Below, piece after piece: positions 9,022 through 17,784 of a DNA stretch of 64,000 nucleotides. Position numbers and translations under genes: made by a program. The notes beneath the pieces were generated by a model, which worked only from the letters and a program-made list of their open reading frames with translations, ran no database searches and was not told where the DNA came from. This stretch comes from a virus (Duplodnaviria; Caudoviricetes). The stretch lies in IMG/VR virus record IMGVR_UViG_2791355311_000001, positions 1 to 64,000 of that record; one strand, written 5' to 3'. The stretch's first letter is position 1. The number at the start of each line of letters is the position of its first letter.

Positions 9022-11115
9022 CTATCTCCTTTCTTTTTCTAATGATAGATTTAGTTTTATATTTTTAGCTCTTGAATATTTCTTATACTCTTCAAGTTTA
9101 TTTTTAATATCTCTTTGTTTGTTATAATCTCTCTCTTCTACTGATTTTTTATACTCTTTTTTGAGTTTATTTGCTTGTTGTTGTGCCTCTTTTTGTTCTT
9201 GAAATTTTCTAAACCCAACACCTTTTGAAAGTATTTCACCGACACTAGCATCATCTTTTTTATTGTATGACTTTGGTGCATCTATAAAATCAGGTGCTAC
9301 ACTATGAACCGTGCTTTTAAACACATCTTGTCCATATCTACCAAAAGTAAGCGGTGGTAGATAATTTCTTGTTAATTCTGCTATACGTTTATACATTTTT
9401 TTAGGTATGCCGTCATCTTCTTTTTCAAAGCTATATCCAAGTGTGCTTTTACCTTCAGCTAATACATTCCATATACCCTTAGCAAAACCACCACTAAGTT
9501 CAAGCTTATCAAAGCCATCAAATCTAAATCCAGGCACCAAACGACCTGAGTTTAAATACCAACCATTACCTAAATCCATAAAGCTTTTTATTCCAAAAAC
9601 ATTAGGAAATTTATTACTATCAGCCCACGATGGCTTAAATAAATTCTCTTTTTCATTATCACCAAAAAATGAACTAGCTCCAAATCCTACAAGTCCAGCC
9701 TGAAGTAGCATAAACTTACCAGGATTTTTCATTATTGTTTTTAGCACCATAGGACTTGACTTTACACTGTAATGTAAAAATGGCATGATCCCGCTTTTAT
9801 CAAGCCATCTAAGAGTTCCATTAAAATGTGTTGAATAATCCACATAAGCATACTGTGCATCTTTCATAGCCTCTTTTGGACTCATTCCAGCATCTATATT
9901 TTTCTTATATCTAGCTAGTTTAAAAAACTTATCTTCCCAGTCGTATGCTTTTCTTATCGCATCACCAGTTTTTGAACCTTCTGAAAAATAAGCAAGCCTA
10001 GCTAAATTCCAAAAAATGCCATCTCTCTTTTCTACTTTTAAGTCTTTTATACCTTCAAGGTCATTAAGCATAGAGTTTAAACCAACTCCGTTTGCTTCAT
10101 TAACAAGCTTATCAAAAGCCTTTTTATCAGTAGCAAGCATATTTAAAGTCTTTGCAAGATATTTTAAATCACCATGCAAATAACTAAGCATAAAGTTTGA
10201 ACCAAAATTGTATAAATGTGTAAAGGGGTTTTTAACAGTAACATTTACTTTTATATGATCAATTAGCTTATAATACCAGTGGTTAAATTTCTTTATCTCT
10301 CCGCTTATCAAATCAGCTTCTTTAACAGCATTTGCAATATCTTCTGGCACATACTTACCAGCCAAAGCACCATATTTTTTTATACCACCACCAACAGTCT
10401 CATCACTTATTCTTACTAGTCCATCAGCCATCTTATCACCAGCATATCTATCAGCAAAAGTTTTTAGTATATTTGCCCTTAGTAATTGAACCTTTTGTTC
10501 TGCTATTGTTTTTGAGATAGCAAAGCTTGAGTCTTCAATCATTTTAAGACCAACACGCTGATCATAAGTTAAATCTTTTCTTGCTTTAAACTCATCAAAC
10601 AAAAGCTTTTTTGTTTTTTCGTTTTCTTTTAAATGTTTTTCATAGTAGCGTTTTATATAATTGCTTAGTTTTTTATCTTCGCTTAAAGCACCAGCTTTTA
10701 CAAGATCAGTAGCATTATCATCTATGATTTTTCTATATGTTGCATAGGTTTGTTTTAGATAATCAGGTAAGTCTTTAGATTCTATCTCTCCATCCATTGC
10801 CTTAAAAAGGAGCTTACTTTCATCTTTATTTAATTGTGATAAGTTATCCCTTACTCTTTTAGCATGAGCATATATGCCCATCTTTGTTTTTGTAAAATCA
10901 TCTAAGATATTATTTATCTCTCGGCCATATTTACTTAGACTTAAAATTTTAGCTATTTGTGGATTTTTTTGTGCGATTTTTACACTTGCATCATCTGTAA
11001 GTTTACCAGCAATTTCAAAAAGTTTATCTACTTTTTTATCCCAATTATCTTGTTTTAAAACATCATCAAAAAGCTTTGAACTCTTTGCAATGGTTTCTTT
11101 TATAGGACATTTCAT
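9022..11115 (-). CDS. Phage protein, probable internal virion protein
   Basis: 697-aa ORF in the late operon next to the ejection genes. Confidence 0.5.
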   Translation of the reverse strand: MKCPIKETIAKSSKLFDDVLKQDNWDKKVDKLFEIAGKLTDDASVKIAQKNPQIAKILSLSKYGREINNILDDFTKTKMGIYAHAKRVRDNLSQLNKDESKLLFKAMDGEIESKDLPDYLKQTYATYRKIIDDNATDLVKAGALSEDKKLSNYIKRYYEKHLKENEKTKKLLFDEFKARKDLTYDQRVGLKMIEDSSFAISKTIAEQKVQLLRANILKTFADRYAGDKMADGLVRISDETVGGGIKKYGALAGKYVPEDIANAVKEADLISGEIKKFNHWYYKLIDHIKVNVTVKNPFTHLYNFGSNFMLSYLHGDLKYLAKTLNMLATDKKAFDKLVNEANGVGLNSMLNDLEGIKDLKVEKRDGIFWNLARLAYFSEGSKTGDAIRKAYDWEDKFFKLARYKKNIDAGMSPKEAMKDAQYAYVDYSTHFNGTLRWLDKSGIMPFLHYSVKSSPMVLKTIMKNPGKFMLLQAGLVGFGASSFFGDNEKENLFKPSWADSNKFPNVFGIKSFMDLGNGWYLNSGRLVPGFRFDGFDKLELSGGFAKGIWNVLAEGKSTLGYSFEKEDDGIPKKMYKRIAELTRNYLPPLTFGRYGQDVFKSTVHSVAPDFIDAPKSYNKKDDASVGEILSKGVGFRKFQEQKEAQQQANKLKKEYKKSVEERDYNKQRDIKNKLEEYKKYSRAKNIKLNLSLEKERR

Positions 11116-11174
11116 AATAAAGCCTTTTTTAGTTTTTTATATACTATTAAAGACTTTCCTAAAAAATATAAAAA

Positions 11175-12938
11175 CTACCAGCTCTTACCGGTTTTGCTTC
11201 TATTGCTTGCCCTTTCCTTACTTGCTCTTGAGCGACCACCTGGCTTACCATCGCTCATGCCACTTCTGCGACCACCCCTGCTACTTCTAGAAGAATTATC
11301 ACTACCTGAGTTACCATTACGACCAAGACCACGACCAAGACCACTTCCTAATGCACCATAGTCACCATTACGACCAAGACCACGACCAAGACCACTTCCT
11401 AATGCACCATAGTCACCATTACGACCAAGACCACGACCAAGATTATTTCTATCTGCTTTTAAATTCTCTTTATTTCTTTCGAAAGTAGCTATAAGATTTA
11501 AATGCTCTCTCACAAATTTATTTTTTTCATTTCTCGCACGCTTATAAAGTCTATCACTAAGCTCATGTATATTATCTGAGCTAGCCATTGTTGAGCTTGA
11601 TGTAACACTCTGTGTTTGTGCTGTAGCTTGTGTATTTATCCTATCCCAATCCAAAATATTTGGAGTATCATAAGAAAACTTAGCTAACTCATTTTTCACT
11701 TCATCACTTAAACCAAAAGCTATACTATCAAGCTCTCCACGAATATTTATATTAAAGTTTACATTTCCGTAAGCATCCATTGAGATATTAGTCCCATAAG
11801 TAGAGTTAAAACCATCTATGTTTAAGCTTCTTGACATAGAGTCTCTATTATAACTAGAGACTTCAGAAAAGCTATTAAACCCAGTTTCTAAAAACGCACT
11901 CAAACTTTTATCAACTATTGTGCTACTAAACACATTATTGGTTATATTACTTACAAGTTTATCGCCTTGATAAACAGCTGATATCTTTTCATTATATGCA
12001 AAGCCAAGAACATTTTTATCTATGTCTGTTAAAAACTCAGCTCCCATATCAAGACCTATCATAGATTTCAAACCTTGCAAAAAGCTTCTATCGCCTATGT
12101 AGGTATTTACTTGCTTATTATCAATATTTACAGCACCTACCAAGTCTCCACCAAATCCAAAGCGATTATCAAGCCCAGTTGCTACTTCTAAAGCTTCTGT
12201 TACTAATGTTTGCACTGCTTTTAATGCCATAAACCCACCGATAGGAGATATCGTAGTTCCAAGAGCTGATAAGCTTTTACTTATAGCCACATCTACACTC
12301 TTTTTAAGAAGTCCTGTGTAAACATGCTCTGCAATATTTGAAGCATTAAATTTATCATCTTTAGCATAATCAAATGCAATACCAGCAAAAATTGAACCAA
12401 GAGAGCCTAAATAAACATTACTAATACTCTCAAGCACATTCTCTAAAGCACTATCTTTATGTATCTCATCAGCAAGACCTGCAAGACTACCAGCTTTATA
12501 GTATCCATTTCCAGAAATTCCAATATTCCCAAACTCACCTAAAGCTAGAGGATTTGTTTTATCAAATCTTGCATTCTCACTATCGCGGTTTGATAGCTCA
12601 TTTGTATAATGTCTTAAATCATTTATAGCATTTATGGCAATTTCTGTAGCATTTGTAAAACCCTCTAAACTTCTTTTATAATCTTTATACTCAAGTGATA
12701 TCTGTATAGCACTTAGTGCAAACTCTACAAAGTCTTCATTAAGTTGCATTATAGCCTCACTTAAAGACCCACCTTGTTCTATAAAAAGCCCTTTTAAATT
12801 TGGCATAGGTAAAGAAAAGGCATTATAAAGACTTCCGCTCGCATAACTCTCATCAAAGTTACTTCCCGCAAGTTCTGTAAAAATATCATCACTAAAGTTA
12901 TATGTTGTATTTATAAAGTCTTTAAATGCAATATACAT
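11175..12938 (-). CDS. Phage virion-associated protein with Gly/Arg/Ser-rich tail
   Basis: Paralogue of 35353-36906 (MYIAF start, GFGG(D/E)L.G, RRSGMSDGKPGGRSRAS tail). Confidence 0.65.
   Translation of the reverse strand: MYIAFKDFINTTYNFSDDIFTELAGSNFDESYASGSLYNAFSLPMPNLKGLFIEQGGSLSEAIMQLNEDFVEFALSAIQISLEYKDYKRSLEGFTNATEIAINAINDLRHYTNELSNRDSENARFDKTNPLALGEFGNIGISGNGYYKAGSLAGLADEIHKDSALENVLESISNVYLGSLGSIFAGIAFDYAKDDKFNASNIAEHVYTGLLKKSVDVAISKSLSALGTTISPIGGFMALKAVQTLVTEALEVATGLDNRFGFGGDLVGAVNIDNKQVNTYIGDRSFLQGLKSMIGLDMGAEFLTDIDKNVLGFAYNEKISAVYQGDKLVSNITNNVFSSTIVDKSLSAFLETGFNSFSEVSSYNRDSMSRSLNIDGFNSTYGTNISMDAYGNVNFNINIRGELDSIAFGLSDEVKNELAKFSYDTPNILDWDRINTQATAQTQSVTSSSTMASSDNIHELSDRLYKRARNEKNKFVREHLNLIATFERNKENLKADRNNLGRGLGRNGDYGALGSGLGRGLGRNGDYGALGSGLGRGLGRNGNSGSDNSSRSSRGGRRSGMSDGKPGGRSRASKERASNRSKTGKSW
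11313..11442. repeat. 51-bp coding tandem repeat, about 2.5 copies (17-aa unit LGRGLGRNGDYGALGSG)
   Basis: Units at 11313-11363 and 11364-11414, partial unit at 11415-11442. Confidence 0.9.
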
Positions 12939-12943
12939 CTATC

Positions 12944-13609
12944 TTATTTCTTTCGCTCTGTCATACTCATTGTGGTTGGTTTAGTAATGTTTACATCATT
13001 TTTAATAAGCTCACTTTGTAGGTCAAAAAAGAACTTAGTCATATCACTAGGCACTATCATACCGCCTTGTTGATTGCCTTCGATAAAGCTTCCTAAAATA
13101 CTAAGCACTTTTATTACCCTATTATCTTTTACTTGTCTATCTATCGCTTCTTGTTGTGATTGAGCCAGTTTGTTTTCTTTTTCTAGCTTTTTTATCTGAG
13201 CTTCTAGCATTCTTCCTTGTTTTTTTAGATTTTCCAGTTCATCAGCTCTTTGTTCTGATAATTTTGCATTTTTTATCTCTTGAGCTTTCGTTTGCTCTTT
13301 TATGCCAGCGATATTTGCTTCCATAGCTTCGCCTTGTTTTCTTAGGTTTTCAAGCTTTACAGCAAAGCTTAGGTCTTCATCGGCTAATTGTAAAGCTACT
13401 TGCATTGCTGTTTGTGTAAATTGCAAAGTCATCTGCGGAAGTAAAGCAACAAGTATCTTTATACGATAATCATTTGTTATATTGTACTCGCTAAATTTCT
13501 CTTCTAAAAACTTTATTGTTTGGTTATAAGGGCTATCTTCTTTTGTTGTTAGCTCTATTAAATCCTTTAATCGCTCTTTATATACTTCATTATAGTTTGT
13601 ATCTATCAT
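12944..13609 (-). CDS. Phage coiled-coil structural protein
   Basis: Paralogue of 36909-37568 (NQQGG.(I/V)VP.DM). Confidence 0.65.
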   Translation of the reverse strand: MIDTNYNEVYKERLKDLIELTTKEDSPYNQTIKFLEEKFSEYNITNDYRIKILVALLPQMTLQFTQTAMQVALQLADEDLSFAVKLENLRKQGEAMEANIAGIKEQTKAQEIKNAKLSEQRADELENLKKQGRMLEAQIKKLEKENKLAQSQQEAIDRQVKDNRVIKVLSILGSFIEGNQQGGMIVPSDMTKFFFDLQSELIKNDVNITKPTTMSMTERKK

Positions 13610-13844
13610 CTCTTTGTATCCTTCTTATCTTTGCATTTTGTAGAGTAAGAGTGTTGTTTATATCTCTTACTTTTGAGCTTATGCCATTATTATTTATTTT
13701 ATCTATCGCATTTGATAAATTATCTATTCTTTGCTCCAAATAATTAACTTTATTTTCTAAAACTTGTTTTTCTTGTTCTAGATAAGATACTTTCTCTTTT
13801 AGCTCTTTTAGCTCTTGATTATTGTTTGTGCTTTCATCTGACAT
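13590..13844 (-). CDS. Small coiled-coil phage protein
   Basis: Heptad pattern. Paralogue of 37565-37843. Confidence 0.6.
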   Translation of the reverse strand: MSDESTNNNQELKELKEKVSYLEQEKQVLENKVNYLEQRIDNLSNAIDKINNNGISSKVRDINNTLTLQNAKIRRIQRDDRYKL

Positions 13845-14247
13845 CGCTTATTACCACCTTTAGCTCTTTACATCTTGTTAATTTTAAAAATTTATTTAAA
13901 GTATCTTTGCTTTTATACACGCCCTTATCATCATAACTAGCCCCAAGCAAGATACATCCTTTTGTGTCCTTTGGGTAATTCCCAGCATGTATCAGCACAA
14001 ACCTATCTTTGGCTACGTTTTCATTGTGCAAGAGTGGCAATGTCGTTTTAAACTTAGGGCTAGAATGCCAAGAGACATGATAAAGCCCCTTTGGCATTCT
14101 TTTATCTTTGTTTCTTTCTATTGTGTCAGGTCCTGCTGGTTCTAGTGTGTAGCCATTTAGCATTATCTCATCATCACTATTTTTTAGTTCAAACTCGCCA
14201 ATGGTCCCATCGTTTATATCTTTTATTCTCATTATGTGAAGTATCAT
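13834..14247 (-). CDS. DUF5675-like protein, probable endolysin
   Basis: YTLEP...PKGLY...SPKF...LIHAGNYPKDTKGCILLG. Lies next to the holin, in the slot held by the M15 peptidase in prophage 2. Confidence 0.65.
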   Translation of the reverse strand: MILHIMRIKDINDGTIGEFELKNSDDEIMLNGYTLEPAGPDTIERNKDKRMPKGLYHVSWHSSPKFKTTLPLLHNENVAKDRFVLIHAGNYPKDTKGCILLGASYDDKGVYKSKDTLNKFLKLTRCKELKVVISDVR

Positions 14248-14558
14248 CTAATGCCTTTATTTGTTTTTGTCTCTATAAATTTATCAACTATGCTATTTAT
14301 CCACTCAGCGCCTCTCCACGCGACAAACCCACCAACAGCTAAAGATAGCCTTTCATGGTCTGTAAAATAGTATGATATTTCATAAGCTATCCAGCAAAAA
14401 AACATACTAGATATTGCACCTGTAAAGAAATTAGCCATCTTTCTTGTGTTTGTCTTATCTTCACTATACTTATCATTTAAAAATCCAGCCACAAGACCAA
14501 TAGTTGCTATCCAAAGTAAATAACTATTTTTTTCAAAAAATATTAAGATATCATTCAT
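14244..14558 (-). CDS. Putative holin
   Basis: 104 aa with three hydrophobic segments, in the lysis cassette. Confidence 0.7.
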   Translation of the reverse strand: MNDILIFFEKNSYLLWIATIGLVAGFLNDKYSEDKTNTRKMANFFTGAISSMFFCWIAYEISYYFTDHERLSLAVGGFVAWRGAEWINSIVDKFIETKTNKGIR

Positions 14559-14814
14559 CTATACATCCCTTTAAAAGTATTTCTATTTGCTTATAGTATT
14601 TAGATAGCTCTTTTGCTGTCTGCGGGTTTTTTTCATCAAATGCTGGTTTATTTGGTAGCTCTACTTTACATTTCACTGGCACGTATACATCTTTATACTC
14701 TGTTTTTACTATTACTTGTTTATCAGCACAACCTGCTAAAATAATCAAAAAAACAACTACAAAGATATAAAATACAAACTTACAATTTCTGTTTTTAGTT
14801 TCTGTTTTCATCAA
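14551..14814 (-). CDS. Lipoprotein, putative o-spanin
   Basis: Lipobox ILAGC and Pro-rich YKDVYVPVKC..P.KP. Confidence 0.65.
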   Translation of the reverse strand: MMKTETKNRNCKFVFYIFVVVFLIILAGCADKQVIVKTEYKDVYVPVKCKVELPNKPAFDEKNPQTAKELSKYYKQIEILLKGCIDE

Positions 14815-15146
14815 GAAAGCTCCTTAAAAAGTTGCTCATAGTATTTTAGTTTTACGCTACATTTGCTATTTGATTTTGGCGTTGTTATCTTTTTAAATTT
14901 ATCATCAAGCTTTATAAGTTCATCGTTTAGTTTTTCTTTATCTACTTTTAATGCTTTTAGCTTTTCGTTTTGAAGTTCTATCTTAGAGTTACACTCACTA
15001 AGGTTTGATATATAAAGTTCATTTGTTATATTGCTAGCGTTTAGTTTGTATGTCAAATCATCTATTTTATTATTCAAATGATTTATCCACACAAAACAAA
15101 GTACAATAATCATATAAGGTATATAATTAAAATAGCTTTTTATCAT
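14811..15146 (-). CDS. Putative i-spanin
   Basis: N-terminal TM segment plus coiled coil, overlapping the lipoprotein gene. Confidence 0.6.
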   Translation of the reverse strand: MIKSYFNYIPYMIIVLCFVWINHLNNKIDDLTYKLNASNITNELYISNLSECNSKIELQNEKLKALKVDKEKLNDELIKLDDKFKKITTPKSNSKCSVKLKYYEQLFKELS

Positions 15147-15511
15147 TGTCTATACTTTATTTTGTGATAAAGCCTACAGCTATAATAAAACAGCTTAGAC
15201 TTAAATTTTCCAACCCCTAAAGACAAAAGAGTCTTTAGAAGCATGTCATCAGCGTATTTAAAGCTCACATTTTTAAGTGTGTCGTATTTGATAGTGCTAT
15301 CAGCTACATCACATAAATAATCATGCAAGATAGTAGCCGATAGATACTCAGGACTATTTGGTGGAAAGATAGGCCATAAAAGGCGAGGCACATTTGCACC
15401 ATTGCTTTTATACCCCTTAGGTACTTTTATACCTTCAAAGATAAAATCTTCTACTACTTCGAATTTATCTTTACCAAAAGGTTTAACAATGACTCTGTTA
15501 AGTTTGTTCAT
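15143..15511 (-). CDS. DUF1353-like phage protein
   Basis: VPKGY.SNGANVPR..W...P...YL.A.ILHDYLC...ADD. Nearly identical to 39200-39568. Confidence 0.75.
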   Translation of the reverse strand: MNKLNRVIVKPFGKDKFEVVEDFIFEGIKVPKGYKSNGANVPRLLWPIFPPNSPEYLSATILHDYLCDVADSTIKYDTLKNVSFKYADDMLLKTLLSLGVGKFKSKLFYYSCRLYHKIKYRQ

Positions 15512-15682
15512 ATTTGTTTTAAAGTAGAATTACGACTAGAGGTTAGGCTAGAGGGTCACAACCTCCAGCCTAATGCTTAACTTCGGCGGTGGATAAATCC
15601 ACATCGCCTCGTCTTGCAAAGCTAAAAATGACAAGCAGTTGTCGTTTTTTACGCTTCTCACCTCAGAAAGGAGGTGAGCTTA

Positions 15683-15745
15683 ATGCTTCAAAAAATCATA
15701 TTAACAATTATAATACTTTGTTTTATAGTTGTCAAGGCTTACTAA
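15683..15745 (+). CDS. Ibs-like 20-aa type I toxin peptide MLQKIILTIIILCFIVVKAY (not in the ORF track)
   Basis: Strong SD AAAGGAGGTG held in the hairpin CTCACCTC/GAGGTGAG. Short hydrophobic peptide ending in AY. Confidence 0.75.
   Translation: MLQKIILTIIILCFIVVKAY
15707..15735 (-). promoter_or_regulatory. Antisense (antitoxin RNA) promoter inside the toxin ORF
   Basis: Minus strand TTGACA(15735-15730)-N17-TATAAT(15712-15707), perfect consensus. Confidence 0.75.
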
Positions 15746-15748
15746 GCC

Positions 15749-15768
15749 TAGCCCCTTTTTTGGGGCTA
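15749..15768 (+). terminator. GC-rich hairpin after the toxin ORF
   Basis: TAGCCCC-TTTTTT-GGGGCTA. Confidence 0.5.
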
Positions 15769-15807
15769 ATATGGTTTTTCCCTCTAGCCGTTTTTACTAT
15801 CTCCTTT

Positions 15808-16320
15808 CTATTTAGTTAACTCTAACTCCGGGAGCTGTTTAAAAAGCTCTTCTAAATCTACATCTCTAGGGTCTACACCTTGTGCTTCCTTTTCAGCTAA
15901 AAACATATACCCAGTTTTCCACACTTTAGACTTCCACACACCAAAAGCTTTTCCTTCTTCTTGAAAGTCATTTTCATACCCAGCATAAGAACTGGCACTT
16001 AAAATATTATCATATCCGTGTTCTTGTGCTTTTTTATCTAAATACTCCCCAGCTCTATCCTTAAATTCTTGTATAAGTTTTTCTTTTGTGTATTCTTGTA
16101 TACTCTTTGTCTCTATGATTTGAGCTACATATTCACCATCTACCTCTTTATACTCTACCGTTTGATAATCAGGGTTAATTTGAACTTCTACAACAGGAAG
16201 CAACCCAATCTTATTTAGTTCCTCTTTACTTAGTCTATCAAGATAAAATATCCCATCATCTGTAGTTACATAACTATCAAATACAAACCTTTTTTCTTTT
16301 TTATCAAAGTATTTTTTCAT
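15808..16320 (-). CDS. Tail fibre assembly/chaperone-like protein
   Basis: LD.KAQE.GYDNI.SA.SYA...FQ.EG.AF..W...VW motif, downstream of the tail fibre. Confidence 0.65.
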   Translation of the reverse strand: MKKYFDKKEKRFVFDSYVTTDDGIFYLDRLSKEELNKIGLLPVVEVQINPDYQTVEYKEVDGEYVAQIIETKSIQEYTKEKLIQEFKDRAGEYLDKKAQEHGYDNILSASSYAGYENDFQEEGKAFGVWKSKVWKTGYMFLAEKEAQGVDPRDVDLEELFKQLPELELTK

Positions 16321-17434
16321 TTTTTATCCTTATCTCCAAGCTGTGTTGGCGTTCTTGTTTCTAAACTTAGATGGAACATTACTTTTTGACAATGCTGAGC
16401 CTTGAGCAAAATATTGGTATATAGTAACACGACCAACGCTCCAGTTAGTTATGTTTTTGTTAAACTTTTTACAATCGTGGAACATAAAGGACATATCAAT
16501 AACTTTATCAGTCTTGAAATGTTCTAAAGTCTGATTAAACTCATAGCAGTCCCAAAACATACTATTCATATCAGTAACATTTTCTGTATTGAGGTTATTT
16601 AAAGACTGGTTAAATTTCTTACAACCGTAGAACATATCAGCCATATTTGTAATTTGTGTTGTATCCCAAAGACTAATATCAGGGTCATTAAAGTACAGAC
16701 TGTTATTTGCATTTGAGTCATTCTTGAAAAGATATTTAAACGAAGTTGGTGGCTTTGAGAAATATAAACCATCATTAGGTTTAAATGTATAAGGAGTTCC
16801 TCCTCGCTCTACGTATTTTGGGTATACTGGGTCTTTAGTGGTATGTGTCAGTGGAAAATATGTACCTTTGAATCTTTGGACTTTAGATTCAACACTATTG
16901 CTGTTATTAACTGTTATATGTGACATTTTGATATCAGTAGGACTAACAGCAAAATAAATAAAAAGCTCATAGCCATATAAATTTTTTGGTACTACTTTAA
17001 ACTTACACATACTACCAAATCCTGATATTTTAGAGCCATCCATTACTACTATCATCCCAGTTTGCCCAGCAATTGCGTTGTTTAAAGACAGTGTTTCTTT
17101 TGTAGATGGGGTTATAACAAAGTTGTTACTCTGTCTTAAATCAGCACTTAAACTTGTTTGTTCCCTTTTATCAAATGCAGTCTGTCCTGCTTTTTTTAGA
17201 TATAAAAATTCAGCTGAAGTTTTGTCTATTTTCTTATCTATCAACTCTTTAAGGACTTTACCTTGATTGGCACTAAGGGCTTCCTTTGGCGATGAACTAG
17301 CAAGATTATCTGTTACTGTTGTATAGTTTGCGTTTTCTGAACGAATATACCTACTATCTGCACTACTTTGAGTTAAAAATCCTGAAGTGCTAGGTATAGC
17401 GCTTCTTACAGAGTTTAACTCATTCTTTGTAGCA
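15893..17434. repeat. 1542-bp near-identical copy of 39657-41198
   Basis: Co-linear at offset 23,764. Only two substitutions seen by eye. Confidence 0.9.
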
Positions 17435-17775
17435 AAATTATTTTTTTCACTAGTGTACGTATCTACAGTTAGTTTGCTATCTAACTCAATCTTTGTAGCA
17501 TAAGTACTACTTGCCTCTGTAGTCGTAAGATAACCCGCTAGTGCTGAACTTAATGCGTATTTATCATCGCTTTGTGCTTTTGTATAAACATCTCCTAAAA
17601 GCTCGTTTATCTTATTACTTGAATAAGTCTTGTTAACATTTTTATTGCTATCGTCGATAACACTCTCTTGCTTTACTTGCTCACCTTTTTTTAAAAAAGT
17701 GTTATCAGCTTCAACTCTAGAGTAAACATCTTTTTCAGTTTCTACCGTATTACTTGCTTTAATTATCTTTATCAT
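16330..17775 (-). CDS. Tail fibre / receptor-binding protein with C-terminal BspA/DUF285-like repeats
   Basis: YTKAQSD fibre repeats. C-terminal WDT..ITNM..MF..C..FNQ.L repeats. Confidence 0.75.
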   Translation of the reverse strand: MIKIIKASNTVETEKDVYSRVEADNTFLKKGEQVKQESVIDDSNKNVNKTYSSNKINELLGDVYTKAQSDDKYALSSALAGYLTTTEASSTYATKIELDSKLTVDTYTSEKNNFATKNELNSVRSAIPSTSGFLTQSSADSRYIRSENANYTTVTDNLASSSPKEALSANQGKVLKELIDKKIDKTSAEFLYLKKAGQTAFDKREQTSLSADLRQSNNFVITPSTKETLSLNNAIAGQTGMIVVMDGSKISGFGSMCKFKVVPKNLYGYELFIYFAVSPTDIKMSHITVNNSNSVESKVQRFKGTYFPLTHTTKDPVYPKYVERGGTPYTFKPNDGLYFSKPPTSFKYLFKNDSNANNSLYFNDPDISLWDTTQITNMADMFYGCKKFNQSLNNLNTENVTDMNSMFWDCYEFNQTLEHFKTDKVIDMSFMFHDCKKFNKNITNWSVGRVTIYQYFAQGSALSKSNVPSKFRNKNANTAWR

Positions 17776-17784
17776 ATTTGCTCC

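Noticed and set aside
11313-11442. CRISPR array
   Set aside because: Contiguous in-frame coding repeats without unique spacers, and no cas genes. The same lack of spacers applies to 35071-35120.
15589-15819. 76-aa ORF from the track
   Set aside because: The strong SD points to the 20-aa toxin ORF in another frame.
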